This document shows positions 43,471-64,000 of a stretch of DNA of 64,000 nucleotides, one piece after another. The number at the start of each line of letters is the position of its first letter. Positions within the stretch are counted from its first letter, which is position 1. The notes beneath the pieces are model-generated. The model had not been told where the DNA came from, did no database searches, and was given only the letters and a program-made list of their open reading frames with translations. The position numbers and the translations under genes are program-made. The stretch covers positions 8,250,001 through 8,314,000 of the forward strand of contig CAVNZM010000012.1 of the NCBI GenBank assembly GCA_963693365.1, written 5' to 3'. Source of the DNA: Amoebidium appalachense (taxonomy: Eukaryota; Protista; Ichthyosporea).

Positions 43471-45796
43471 TCAACTCTTAGCAATATTCTTCAAACTGAA
43501 AAAATGCCTCCTGATAGATCCGGTGGCAGAAACGACCGATGCAGGCCCGTGTACTTGTTGCACTTGCGGGTGTGTGGTGGTTGTGGTTGAAGATGGGGCG
43601 GGAACCAATACACCCGTCACGTGACGCGGATGCACCGATGCGATTGGTGCAGGATCATGCGTCTCGGTGTTTTCGAGGCAGCTGATTCGCTCAGAGCCGG
43701 TGATGGTTTCGTCGCCGTACCAGGCGGCTAGGTCACGGAGATCGTCTGGGAGCTGAGAAAAATCGTTGCAACTGCGGCAGGGGGGGGGGGAGAGGGGGGG
43801 GAGGAGGGGGGGGGGGGGAGGGTAGGATGGGAGGAAGGGGGGGGGGGGGGGGGGGGGAGTCAGCGAAAGGAGAGAAGGGAAAGAGAAATGTGGGAAACTT
43901 TGGGATTTAGAAATTGTTACAGAGTGTAACGTTCACAATCATGACAGACAAACAAATAATCAAAATATTCTTTGGGGGGTGGGGTGGGGGGGGTGGGGGG
44001 CGGGGGTATGTGAGTGGGCTAGGTTGTTCAGGTGGGCGATTTAGTGGTAGAGGAGGAGGGGTGAAGGAGAGGGACAGGGGGAGAGAACGAGGGAAAGGGG
44101 GAAGAAGGGAGGAGGGACAGAGGAAAGACGGATGTTGGGGAGGGGAGGCAAAGGGCGGGTGGTGCTGGTGGTGGTGGAAGGTGGGGGGGGAAGAGAGGAA
44201 AGGGGTCTGTAGGTGTGTAGGTTTGTGGTGGTGGTCCAGGGGGGGGGGGGGGGAGGGGGAGTCCCATTGCAAAATCATGCATTAACCTGCTGCTGATCGG
44301 GTATAATGACACCAAGAAATGCACAGTTCGAAATAGTGTGATTCCTGCAAAATATCAACCCACTACCAACACGCTACCTCCGTTCAAGCGCTCTATTTTC
44401 AAACTGAGTCAAAAAAAAAAAAAAATAAAAAAAAATAAACGACTTGTGGACATGTGATACACACACAAATAAGAAAGCATCATTGAACGTCAATGAGAAC
44501 CCCCCCCCCCCCCCCCCCCGTCATTCAGGTTTTCCGTTGTCTTCTTCTTCTTTTGTGTGTGTGTGTGTTTATTGGTTGTGTGAGTGTGTGTGAGTGTCTG
44601 TATGTGTGTGTAGAGGGAGGGGAGGGGGAGGGTGGAGGGGGGTGGAAGGGGGGCACCTACTTGCTGTACCGTGGGTGGTGATGAAACTGATTGCTCTCTG
44701 ACCGTTTCCTGTAAAGAGGGAAAAGGGTGAGTAGATCATTCTGACAACATTAACAACAAAGTGTTAGAGGGCATTGGTGATGGTATGTTAATAGGTAGCT
44801 GCCTTCGTGCAAATAATCTATCATCTACGATGCCCACATTCCCGCCCCCTCCCCTCCCTCCCTCCCCCCCCCTCCCCCCCCCCCCAGCCCCATACCTTCC
44901 TCCCGGAGGGGCCATATGCTAAAGAAGGAGGAAGGGGCGAGACGGGTGGAAAAAAGTAGGAAGAGATTAAAGATGTGGCAAGGTCGGAATTTTCTTCTTC
45001 TTCTTCCTTTTCTTGTTCTTTTACTTTTCCCTTCTTTTTTTTTTTTTCATTCTTTTCTTCTTCACTTCTTTTCTTTCTTTTTTTTTTTTTTTTAGGGGGG
45101 AGAGGGGGGACGGAGGGAGGGTTGAGGGTACCTAGGCTGGACGGTGTTTTGGGAAACAACGCTGGTGTGTTCCTTATCTGGTTTGGAGATGCTACCTCTG
45201 TGTGTAGTTAGAATCATCACTCGCTAATTAAAACAGTTACTAGCACCTAATTAATTAGTACATTCATTAGTTCCTAATTAATGGGCAGTCGTAGATAAAT
45301 CAGCCGTTAGCTGCTAGATAGCACCGTTTCTGTGTGTGGTCCCACTTCTGAGTTTCTGACTATCACACTTATGTCTAAGTCACACCAAGAGAACATATAA
45401 GAGCGGTACCACCATTTATTATAATCTCACATGCATGAAACGAGAACCCCCCCCCCCCCCCCCTCTCCCCCTTCCCCCCTCCCTCCCCCCTCCCCTTACG
45501 CACACACATACACCCACACCCCTCTGCTCCCCCCTCCTCCCCCTGCCCGCCCCCCTCTCCCTCCCCATTGTGTAAAGCCAAGTTACGTTTACTTACACCC
45601 TTGGTCTCATAACCCTTTTCTCCTCTATCAATCATAAATCATCGGATCACCCTCCACCCCCTCCCCCCTTCACAACCCCCACCACCTCTACCAACCCAAT
45701 ACCTCCCTTTTCCCTTCGAGGCCTCCCATTGCCTCTTCCCGAGCAGTCGGGTAATCCCTCCCCCTCCTTCCCCCTTTCCCCCTTCCCTCCCACCCC

Positions 45797-45828
<32 letters not shown>

Positions 45829-45870
45829 AAAAATAAATAAATAAATAAATTAAAAACACCACATGCGCGT

Positions 45871-45940
<70 letters not shown>

Positions 45941-46422
45941 GACCACACGAACACCCCACATCCAATCACCATCTCAACACATCAGCATCAACACGTACCT
46001 GGTTGCTAAGGTAGGTGCCGACTTAGCCCAATCAGATCCGTTGCTTTCGATCGAGGACCTATTTTCATTGGCCAAAACAGTTATCCGGTTGATGCTTCCC
46101 TCGCTCTGTGCCAGCAATTTCTTTCTGTCGTCATCGATTCTCATGTGCGCAAAGTCGAATGAAGCCACGTCTTGTGGTTGGTCAGAAGTCACGACGGAGT
46201 ATTGGCTGGGAACGCGCCATGATCTGATTGGTCGTCGCATGCTAAACCGTTGGGATGCAGACTCGGATAGGAAGCTTGTGTTGGTGTCCTGCTGGAAAGC
46301 GTAAGCTATTACCCCTTACCCCCCCCTCCCCCCCACCACCACCACCACCATTCTTCCCCCCCGCACACACACACCCTCACCCACCCATTCACCCGTGAAC
46401 GCACATTTCGTGGGTGGGTGTG

Positions 46423-46495
<73 letters not shown>

Positions 46496-48085
46496 CATGT
46501 AATACATTTGCTTGTGCATGTGCATCTATCAGTGTACGTGTGTGAGGGGTCGGGGTGTGAGTGTGTGTGTGTGGGGGGGAGGTCTGTGTGAATAGGTGTT
46601 TTTAAGTGATAGTGGTGGGGATGCGTGGCGGTGTGTGTGGGTGTGTGTTGGTGGCGATGGTATTGGTGGTGGTGGTGGTGGGGGGGGGGGGGGGGGGAGG
46701 GGGGGGGGGGGGAAGGGGAGGGGAGGGACAGGGGGAAGGGGGGAATGGGAAGAGTGGTAGTGTACAGATAAAAGCCACAAATGACATACCGATACCAACA
46801 TTCAGAAATATTTCTTTTTATGGCACATGATTTCGCTTTTATTGTTCTCCCCTCCCCCCCCCCCCCCCACCCCTTCCCCCCCACCCACACACATGGCCCT
46901 TCCCCTTCATTCCCCTTGCCTCCCCCCCCCTCACCCCCCCACCCCTTCCCCCCTCATTTACCCTGTTTCATATTATCGACCTTCAATAACATGTTGCGTT
47001 ACACCTCATCTCCATGGTTTCTACTTCCTTTCTTTTCTTTCCTTCCTGTCCAGTCCTCCCCTCCCCCCCCCCCCCCCCCTCCCCCCGTCCTTTCCCCGTA
47101 ATCAATAAACATAAAAAGGACGAGGGGGGGGAGGGGGGGGGGGGGGGAGGGGGAGGAGGATTTTTACCTTCACGTTCGTTGCCTCCTCTTTGACACTCTC
47201 CAAACTGCTCGTACTGGAGCTCTTACTTCCCCTCTTCGACCCCATCCCATTCTCAATCCTCTGAGCGAAACTTAGAGCAGGCAAACTATCCACCTCATCC
47301 ACCCCTGTTAGTGTGGGTCGTCGGGTGGAATTCGCTCTCACTGTACGCCTACGCGATGCAGCCGCCAGCGCAACTGCGCAAATGTCTTCATCCACTTGAA
47401 TCTCCTCTGGAACTACCTCTTCATGCTTGTGCGTCGAGGGTGAATGTGTCTTTTCCGTGCTCGTGCGTGTGTGGCTGTGTTGAGCATGTTTGCGTGGGAC
47501 GATCACTGGTTCTTGAAGAGTGGGGACGGGGCTGGATGGGTTGGAATGTGTGGGGCAGAAATTATGCGGCGAGTCAGGTCCGTGTACCAAAGAAGCAATT
47601 TCCTGAGAAGGACAGAGACAAACAGAGTGGCTGGAAACGCGTACTGGCTTATCTTCGATACTCGGGGGGTCGGGTAGTTGAAATTGGAATATGTTCGGTG
47701 GGTTTCCTTTCGTTTCCTTTGTTTCCTTTGCGTGTGCATCGGCAAACACCTTAGTCAAAAGTGTGCTCTCGCGGAGTGACCCATGTTTTTGCGTGATAGA
47801 CGATGCCGCGGGGTCGAGCTGAAACCTGCGTGGAAACGTGACGGGACTAGCAGACGATAGTCTTTCTACGCCCCCGTTTGTGTTTGTTTCTTTAAAAGTA
47901 GAGGTTACTGTGCGTTTTGGAAACCCCGGGCTCATGGGCATAGGTTGTTGTCCCTTGTTAAAGCGACTAGGTGTAGCTGGTGAGTTATTGCTCTTGCCTG
48001 CCTGGGTGCCCCATTTTGACTGTGTGTCAGGTGAATTGCGTGGGCTGTTGGTGCCCGTAGGCCCCTGCACGTTGAGAATACGCAT
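43471..48085 (-). CDS. Hypothetical Ser/Thr/Pro-rich, probably disordered protein, 6 exons, 554 aa
   Basis: Exons 48085-47168, 46291-45999, 45197-45132, 44708-44661, 44344-44287, 43752-43471. All are GT-AG, phase-compatible and stop-free (1665 nt). No family recognised; the start codon is uncertain. Confidence 0.7.
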
Positions 48086-48689
48086 GGCTGTGGTTACTGT
48101 GTGTGTGTGTGTGTGTGTGCGTGTGTGTGCGTGTGTGTGTGTGCGTGCGTACGTGAACGTGTGTTTGCCTTGGGTGAATATTGCGCACGCGTGTGGCTGA
48201 TCTGGAGCTCTGGAATGGTTGACTACGCCCACAAGAACTGCGAAATATACAAATGTATACCAAAGAACTATAATAGCTTGGCTCAATAAATAGCTTGGCT
48301 CAATAAAGCTTTGAACCGTATTAAGTGCTTCGCTTTGCAAGAAAAGAAAAACCGCCGTGGTTGAAGAAAAAAAAACCGCAGTGGACAAGGGGTGTGTACA
48401 GTCGCCTACGAGTATTCTGTGTGCTAGGCTTTGGCTCTTTTGCACCCCTACTGCCTAGCAATGTGAATTACACCAAGCTGGTAAAACTAGGCTAACTTTC
48501 TATAACTTCAGTCCATTTCACGCTGAACCTGTTCTCTCTATGATTGCGCATGCGTACAACGGAAACACTGGCGAAGAGCCCGACAAGAAAGCACGCGTTT
48601 GGCAGACCGAACGTAACGGAAACGTTTCGTCATCGAACTTAAGCTGATAGTTATCGAATCATATATGTGCAATCAATCTATTTGCAAAG

Positions 48690-48860
48690 CTCATTGGTTT
48701 GAACAATTTATCCCAAAACATTCATCCAATGAACTTTGTTTTTGTATTTGATTGGATAACTAAACTTTTGAGATAACCGCTAACACAGCTGGCACAATCA
48801 TCAACCAGCATAAATCACCATAAATGGTTTACCATCCGCTCTCCGATTGGGCGAAAACGC
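48690..48860. promoter_or_regulatory. CCAAT-box cluster upstream of the orphan gene
   Basis: TCATTGG, ATCCAAT, GATTGGA and GATTGGG occur within ~170 bp of repeat-free DNA. Confidence 0.35.
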
Positions 48861-49443
48861 ACCACGGCTCACTGAAAACACGTGTGACCGTCGTGCACCA
48901 GCTGCGCTGCACAGTGCACGTGTGACCACGGAATGATGACAAGTATAGACTACTGTTAAAAGAATATAGGGCTGGATAAGTGCACGGTATCTAACAAAAA
49001 CATCATACTATAATGTGCAAAAGAGTTGCGCGGGATTTGAACGCCCTGTCCGCCCCTCGGCTGGCAAAAAATGTATTCGTGTGCTACACCGTGACGGTTG
49101 TGTACCGTCAACTGGCCCCCTGACATGTAGCATCATGTACGGCTCGGCGTACCGGAATCGTGTACACGCGCACGCACGCACACAAAAACTCACTCTCGGA
49201 CGGACGCATACAACCACGTGCACGCACAAAAACACACATGCACACACACGCACGCACGCACACACACACGCACAAGCACCCAGCGCACACAAAAACATGT
49301 ACATGTACACAAGCACGCACAAACGCGCATGCACGCACACACATTCACACACGCACGTACACACACGCAAACACACGCACACACACACGCATGCACCACC
49401 GCACACGCACAAACGTACACAAGCACACACACAAGCACACACA

Positions 49444-49492
<49 letters not shown>

Positions 49493-49548
49493 GCACACAC
49501 GCACACACGCACACACGCACACATGCACACACACACGCACACACGCAC

Positions 49549-49584
<36 letters not shown>

Positions 49585-49590
49585 CACCGA

Positions 49591-49636
<46 letters not shown>

Positions 49637-49644
49637 CACCGAAT

Positions 49645-49676
<32 letters not shown>

Positions 49677-49691
49677 GCACACACGCACACA

Positions 49692-49749
<58 letters not shown>

Positions 49750-50149
49750 GAATACACACACATGTCACACACACACACACACACGTGCGCAAAATTTATA
49801 TAAACTTTGAATAATCCCTATAAAGGTGACTTGCTCGGCTTTGTTGGCCACTTCTAAAGTCCGACCCATGAAACAACCCATTCCATCCCCACACAATGCC
49901 CAACTTCACATTTACACCCACGTGACCAAAAAAACTCTCTCTTGAACGGCGAGCTCGTTTGCAAAGTTTCCATATCTGAAGCTTTGCCTCGTCCACAGAT
50001 CCAATCACTCAATAATCAGAATTAAATAAGATAAGGGACCCTTGCAATTGGTGCGTGGCCACTGTGACTTGGCCATCTGCAGCCGTGATGATGTATGCGT
50101 GACGGTGAGTGTGAGACAGGGGGCATCCCCCCGCCCCCCTCCCCCCTCC

Positions 50150-50207
<58 letters not shown>

Positions 50208-50293
50208 CCGCCGCAGCCGCCCCGAAAACATGCAATTGCTGATCACACACCCACACACGTGCACACACATGGGCGCAGTCAGTGACACACATA

Positions 50294-50356
<63 letters not shown>

Positions 50357-50834
50357 GCGCGCGCACACACACACACACACTCTGATATCGAGTGTCCCAG
50401 CCTGGGGACTTCCAGGACCTGTCCTTGTGGAAAAGTTAGCCCTCAAACACAGCGCAGACGCTCATGACGGGATACAAAACTACTAAGACATCAACGAAAC
50501 TAAATGAATTGATATCCGGGAATATTGATTGGGTGTGCACGAGTTTTTGTTTTTTGTTTTTTTTTCTTTTCTTTTTTCTTTTTTTAAATAGGAATCATCT
50601 ATTCAGATCGAGGCATTAGACGGAGCCAAGAATGAGTATATAGTACAGTTACCATGGACATAACGAGATAGGTGCCGAGATAACCTCACCGGATATCTAA
50701 CGAGATATCCCAAAAACGAAAACCCTGCCGTATACTAACACTTGAAAGCTTCATGTATGGACTCAGCGTCGGGGGTCAACAATCGCTAAGTAGCGAAAAT
50801 CAAGTAATCGGCCAAGTGAATAACTTTTTTTTTT

Positions 50835-51497
50835 TTGATCGACTGGAGCAATTTTTTTCAAAAATTTTACTGTATAATGTAGCCGGTTGTTTCTATTCAC
50901 TTTAGTGGACCTTGGTCTGATGCACCCACCGAATACTTGGCTAATCATGCTATGTGTGATAACTGTTTTTGTTTTTGCTAATCATGCTATATGTGATTCA
51001 AGTTAGAGGACTACTGTTGCAACCCGGCACTGCCAAAACACCTTTTTCTAGCCTGTGGTTAATCGCTTGCGCCAAGAAAAAAGCGGGTGCCACGCTAATG
51101 ACCCTCCACCATCCTGGCAGAATTTCAGCCCTCCCCCCCCCGCCCCCCTCCCCCCCACCCCCTCCCCTCCCCCCACCCATTCCCCCCCCCCCCCCCCCCC
51201 CGGTCCCTCGATTGTCCCCCCTCCCCCCCTCACACCCACCCCCTCCCCCTCCCAACCGCCCCCCTCCCCCCACCACCAAAAAAAAAAAAGGGGGGGGGGG
51301 GGGGGTTGTTTTCTTCACTTGCCCTGGATCAGACAGCGAGAGGTTGATAGTGATTGTTGGATTTTCGCGCTGCTCGACCTTGTTTGCAATTGATCGACTG
51401 GAACAATTTTTTCCAAAAAAATTACTGTATAATGTAGCCGGTTGTTTCTATTCACTTTAGTGGACCTTGGTCTGATGCACCCACCGAATACTTGGCT
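50835..51497. repeat. Pair of ~108-bp near-identical direct repeats (50835-50942 and 51390-51497)
   Basis: TTGATCGACTGG...GAATACTTGGCT occurs twice, 555 bp apart, with few mismatches. Confidence 0.9.
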
Positions 51498-51712
51498 GAA
51501 ATCCGTCCCCTGAGGGCCCTAACAAGGACACTCGCATACAGGAGAAATTAAGAGACCTTTTACTGTGTGGTAATTATACTACAAGTACAAGCACATATGC
51601 AGGGATAGTTTGCCAGTACGTGTATGGTCAGGATGAGTATTTACCAATACACATACACACGCACACACAAACACAACACACACACACGTACACACACACG
51701 CGCGCGTGCGCG

Positions 51713-51746
<34 letters not shown>

Positions 51747-52015
51747 AACAAACACAAACACACACAAGTGAGCGGGCGCGCCACGCACGCACACACACAC
51801 ACGCACACACGACACACACACACACACACAGTACACAGCACACAGACACATACACACACGCACACACACACACACACACAGCACACAGGAGGGGGGGGAA
51901 AGAGGGAGAGGGGGAGAGGGGAGGAAATGGTGAATTTGTGTGATTTGTGTGTGTGTGTGTGCGTGTGTGTGCGTGTGTGTGTAATTTGTGTGTGTGTGTG
52001 TGCGTGTGTGTATGC

Positions 52016-52067
<52 letters not shown>

Positions 52068-53004
52068 TTTTGGTCGTGGTACTCTTGGTGGTAACCGGCA
52101 TGGGTGGGTGGGTGAGTGGGTAGGGGGAGAGGGGGAGGGGGGTTTCGGGGGGAAGGGGGAGGGGGAAAGGGGGGAGGCGGGGAGGGGGGAGAGGGGGGGG
52201 GGGGGGGGGGGGGGGCCGGGGGATTGTTTGATTTATACGAGTACGTGCGCAGTGTGTGGAACGGTGTGTGTGTGTGCGTGTGTGTATGGTGTGTGTGCGC
52301 GCCCTCCCGCGTGTGTGTATGTGCGTGCGCGCGTGAGTGTGCTTTGGTCGTGCACCCGTGGTGGTGACCGGGGCGGGTGGGTTGGTGGGTGGGTGGGTGG
52401 GTGGGTGGGTGGGTCTGTATGGGAGAGGGGGGGGAGAAGGTAGTGGTAAGGTTGTGGGTGGGTGTTTTGGGGTGCCACTAGTGCACTGGGGGGCGGTGGG
52501 TAAGGGAGAGGAGGGCATTGTTTATAAGTTTGTGTGATTGTACGTATGTATGTGTGTGTGTGTGTGTGTGATTGTACGTATGCCTGAGCGCACGTGCGTG
52601 TGTGTGTGTGTGTGTGTGCGTATGTGTGTGTGTGTGTGTGCTGGTCATGCATCCTGTGGTGGTGACCGGGCTGGGTGGGTGGGTAGGGGTCGGGCGAGCG
52701 CCGGGGGGGGGGGGGGGGGGGGGAAGGGGGGGGGGGAGGAAGGGGGGGGAGGGGGGGGGGGAGGGGAGGGGGCAAGAGGTGATGTGTGTATGTGTCTGTG
52801 TGGTGTGTGTGTGTGTGTGTGTGTGTTTTGGTCGTGCATCCCGTGGTGGTAGCCGGGCTGGGTGGGAGGGTGGGAGAGAGGGTAGGTGAGGGGGGGGGGG
52901 GGGGGGGGGGGGGGGGGCTAGTGCATATTTTAAGTATGTGTGAATTGTGTGTGCGGTGTGTGTGTGTGTGTGCGGTGTGTGTGTGTGTGTATGTGTGTAT
53001 GTGT

Positions 53005-53049
<45 letters not shown>

Positions 53050-53574
53050 AGTGAGAGTGTGTGTGTGTGTGTGCGTGTGTGTGTGGATATGTGAGTGTCT
53101 GTATGTGTGTGTGTGTTTGTGTGGGTGGTGCACCCCGTGGTTGGGTGGGTGGGTGGGTCGACGTTGGGCGGGGGGGAAGGTGGGGGGCGGGGACACAAAG
53201 GCCCTATCCACACTCATACATAATATTTGGGGTCTCTAGAAGCACGGCACTATGACAAGATTCCAAATTTAGACACTTTTCGGTGATTATGTGTACATGC
53301 CACAAAACTGATAATCGCACATTCATGCTCATACTTCTACGAATCACAAGTAAGAAATCAAGAAAGTACGTTAGTTCGAAGATTGTGTCTTGATTTCTCA
53401 CACGACACCACTACTAATTAACACCAACCACCCGGGTTAAGGTCCGATTACCGAACAAAAAGGGGTAAATTTGTGGCTGTTACATGTATTCTAACTACAA
53501 GTATGAGAGCCAATCAAACGTTAACGTATCACTTTGGGTAGCATTAGCCTCAATGACTGAATGGAATCGCACTG

Positions 53575-53736
<162 letters not shown>

Positions 53737-54340
53737 ACGCGCAAATGTGTGCGTGGGCGCATGTGTGTGTGCATGTGTGTGTGTGCGTGCGCGAGTGTGT
53801 GTGTGTGTGTGGTGTGTGTGTGTGTGGGTAGGTGGGTGGGCACGAGGGCACCGACAAACAGCATGGTCAACTGCTGCATAAAAGCCAACCAACCACATTC
53901 CAGATATCATTCCAGAAATACACATCATCAGGCACAACCTTAAATCTTAACCTTAAACCTCCCTCCCTCCCCCGCACACGTACGCACGCACACACCCACA
54001 CACATGCGCGTGCGCGCGCACATACACACACCTATTGCACGCACAGATTAGGGGTAACTGTACATTCACATAACCATTGGGGCCTATATGGCATGTCTCC
54101 AGATTGGCTAGCGGTTAGCAGCGGCCAATATAAATTATCGATCTCCATCATTCAACACTAATAATTGAATGGAGTCCAATCCCCTATACCAGGCACACAA
54201 CATTCCTAATTTGTATCACTCGTTGAAAAGGTCTCATTGTGCATGTTGTTTCTGAAAACCCCAACCAATCTGTGCCCCCCCCCCCCCCCCCCCCCTCCAA
54301 TCACTGTCTCCCCCCCCCCCCCCCCCTCTCTCTCTCTCCC

Positions 54341-54383
<43 letters not shown>

Positions 54384-54654
54384 ATCCCCCCCCCCCCCCC
54401 TCCCCCCCCCCCCCTCTCCTTCTAGCTCTCTCTCTCTCCCCCCCTCAACCCCGCCCCCTCTCTGCTGAGAGTCTCTCGCACACACACACACTCTCTTGCC
54501 CCTCTCCTTTTCTCTCTCTCTCTCTCTACGGGTACGTCTGTCTCTCTCTCTAGCTCCTCTCCCCTCCCCTCCCCTTCTCTCTCTTCTTGCTCTGCCTCTC
54601 CCTTGCCGAGGCTCCCTCCCTCCCTCCTCTCCTTCCCTCTCTCCCTCCATCGAG

Positions 54655-54693
<39 letters not shown>

Positions 54694-55122
54694 TTTCCCC
54701 CCCCTCCGGTCCCCCGGCCAGCCACGAATTGGCTTGCAAGGTTGCATAAACTTTATCCAATCTAACTATTGGTTCAATCTCCAATTTATAACTCGTAGCG
54801 ATTGCAAGTGGCGCAATGTGTGTATATGGCCCATGGGCCCACACAGTATCTTACTAATATGTAGCTTTACACAATGATATCATATTTTTAAGAGCTTCAA
54901 AAAGCCTTATTAGAGTTTCAAGCTGTGTGCGCGCCACGGTTTGTTGTCTTCCTAAGTGTACATGTTTCATACATGACACCTACTGCAACAAGTCATTGCT
55001 CGTTAGCTTTTATTTTTTTTAAGTTTCATGGTGCAAAAGTACTTACCTGCCATCCCGTGAGCTATATATATAATCTTTGAGGAGCTAGCTAGGTGGTGGT
55101 GAAGGGCCCTTGGGGGGGGGGT

Positions 55123-55173
<51 letters not shown>

Positions 55174-55397
55174 AATGTATTTTAACGGTACAAACACAAC
55201 GTATGCACAGCACAAGTGACCAGCACTTCTTTTTTTATTTTTCATTCACTAGTATTAGTTCGAATTCAGAAAACGAAAACACTCGAGATATGTAGGCTAC
55301 ATAGGCTAAAAAGTCTGCCAAGTTCATTCGCAAAGTGCGGTACTGAAGTTACAGTAACTGTACAAGTGTCAGGATAGAACAGACTCATTATCCCCCC

Positions 55398-55428
<31 letters not shown>

Positions 55429-55713
55429 AAAAAAGAAGAAGAAAAGAAAAGAAATAAAAGGAACCTTTTAGATGCTAAACTCTGAGCATTAATATTCATC
55501 GCCCGGCACGAAATGAAGTTGTCCCTTACAGTCTTTCAACCTCATCCACATTCATGCAAACCAAATGCGAAATTCGTAATCCATCAACACAAACGATACA
55601 CAGGGACATGCAATCCAGCACATACAATACGTTATCAACACACACAATGCGTAATCATAGTATAAAGTGCTATGGGGTGACGCAAAGATTACAAATCCAC
55701 AAATAAGAAACCT

Positions 55714-62873
<7,160 letters not shown>

Positions 62874-63011
62874 AATATAGCACTTTGTATGCTAGCGTGG
62901 TTCTTGCCTCTAGCTACATCCCCGATGTTGTGCTGCTGGCTGGCGCGCCTTTTTCTGATGTTTCCCGACTCCCGAGGTTTCAATGGGATCGCGTATAACG
63001 TAATCGGATTT

Positions 63012-63050
<39 letters not shown>

Positions 63051-64000
63051 ACCAAAAAGGAAAACCTGCATTGGTACATACCACCACCACCACCACCCAA
63101 AAAAAACCCCCCTTCCATCCGCCGCTTTTGAAAATCGCCTGATTCGCCACAGCGTATGTACGATTATGTGATAATGGTGCCGTGAGTATATGTGCGTGAC
63201 CTGTATGGGGGCGGGTACGTGTGATGTGCACACGTGCGCTTGATGTGTGTGTGGGATCGAGCCCGGCAGGGAGGGGGGGGGGGGGGGGGGGGGACCTCCG
63301 AAAATGGCAGGGGGATTTTTCCGGCAGGGAAGGGGGGGGGGGGGGGGGGGGACCCCCGAAAATGGCAGGGGGATATTTCCGTCGTACATTGAAATTCGAT
63401 AATTTTGTTTGTGGGCATGCATGCCAAACCAGACCCACATTAACGTTATGAATCATTCCATGTTGCTCAACATTACGCGCACCTCAGCACTACCGATACA
63501 TCTGCACTACACCTACTAAATACATGATTCAGAGACAGTAATTGAATATTAGTTTCAGCATTCTACAGCACTAGACTCAGCAGCTACGGTTACGAAAACA
63601 AACATACATTCCAAGGCGCCATAAGATACAGTACGAACTAATTAGTCTACGTAGTATAATTCAGGGAGGAAGGGGGAAAAAAAAAGAAAAAAAAAAGAAG
63701 AAGAAGAAGAAGAAGAAGAAGAAGAAGAAGAAGAGGAGGAGGAGAAGGAGGAGAAAGAGGAAAGCCGCACCACCCACACAAAACACACGGGGAGAGAGAA
63801 AGAGAGGGAGCAGTGAGGATACAAAAGGGTGTGTGTGCCGCCGGGAGGGAGAGGGGGGGTAGCCATTAGCCAATCACAACCATGATATATATTTTTGTTC
63901 TACCAAGTTCTACCATCAGTTAATGCCACAACTTTCTGTGAAACTCCAAACTGTGCGCTGTGGTGAACTGCAACCGACACCCATTAACCCCGCAACGCAC

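Noticed and set aside
48086-48445. N-terminal extension of the 447-aa ORF 47102..48445
   Set aside because: It crosses a (CA)n tract and an acceptor-like CACAG before the ATG at 48085, so it is likely intron or UTR.
52066-53145. CRISPR-like repeat-spacer appearance
   Set aside because: The repeats are degenerate, the spacers are long low-complexity DNA of unequal length, the context is eukaryotic and there are no cas genes.
55040-55051. TACTTACCTG resembling the U1 snRNA 5' end
   Set aside because: No downstream U1 stem-loops or Sm site; it is simply the complement of a donor site.

Overview
This is eukaryotic, intron-rich genomic DNA, probably from a unicellular holozoan/opisthokont (inference). 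Its introns are largely built from (CA/GT)n, (GA)n, poly-C/poly-G and poly-A/T tracts, so almost all ORFs in the supplied track are microsatellite artefacts. Hand splicing with GT-AG boundaries and phase checks gives five genes: importin beta-1 (minus, 25 coding exons, ~877 aa), mitochondrial HMG-CoA lyase (minus, 9 exons, 338 aa), a bacterial-type flavin-containing monooxygenase with an N-terminal hydrophobic extension (plus, 12 exons, 520 aa), an orphan low-complexity protein (minus, 6 exons, 554 aa) and a PAAT/C10orf88 homologue (minus, 8 exons, 342 aa). Two patterns remain unexplained. (1) A short dispersed element with two subfamilies (9 clear copies plus about 4 decayed ones) sits in homopolymeric C/G tracts. 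It has one fixed end (...GCATTCAAA-Cn), is variably truncated at the other end, carries a conserved stem-loop and always lies sense to the host gene, which suggests a poly-C-targeting non-LTR retroelement or SINE. (2) 'Echo' duplications of exon ends together with their splice sites recur, several diverged mainly at third-codon or conservative positions, including two in-frame candidate micro-exons at the importin beta C-terminus.
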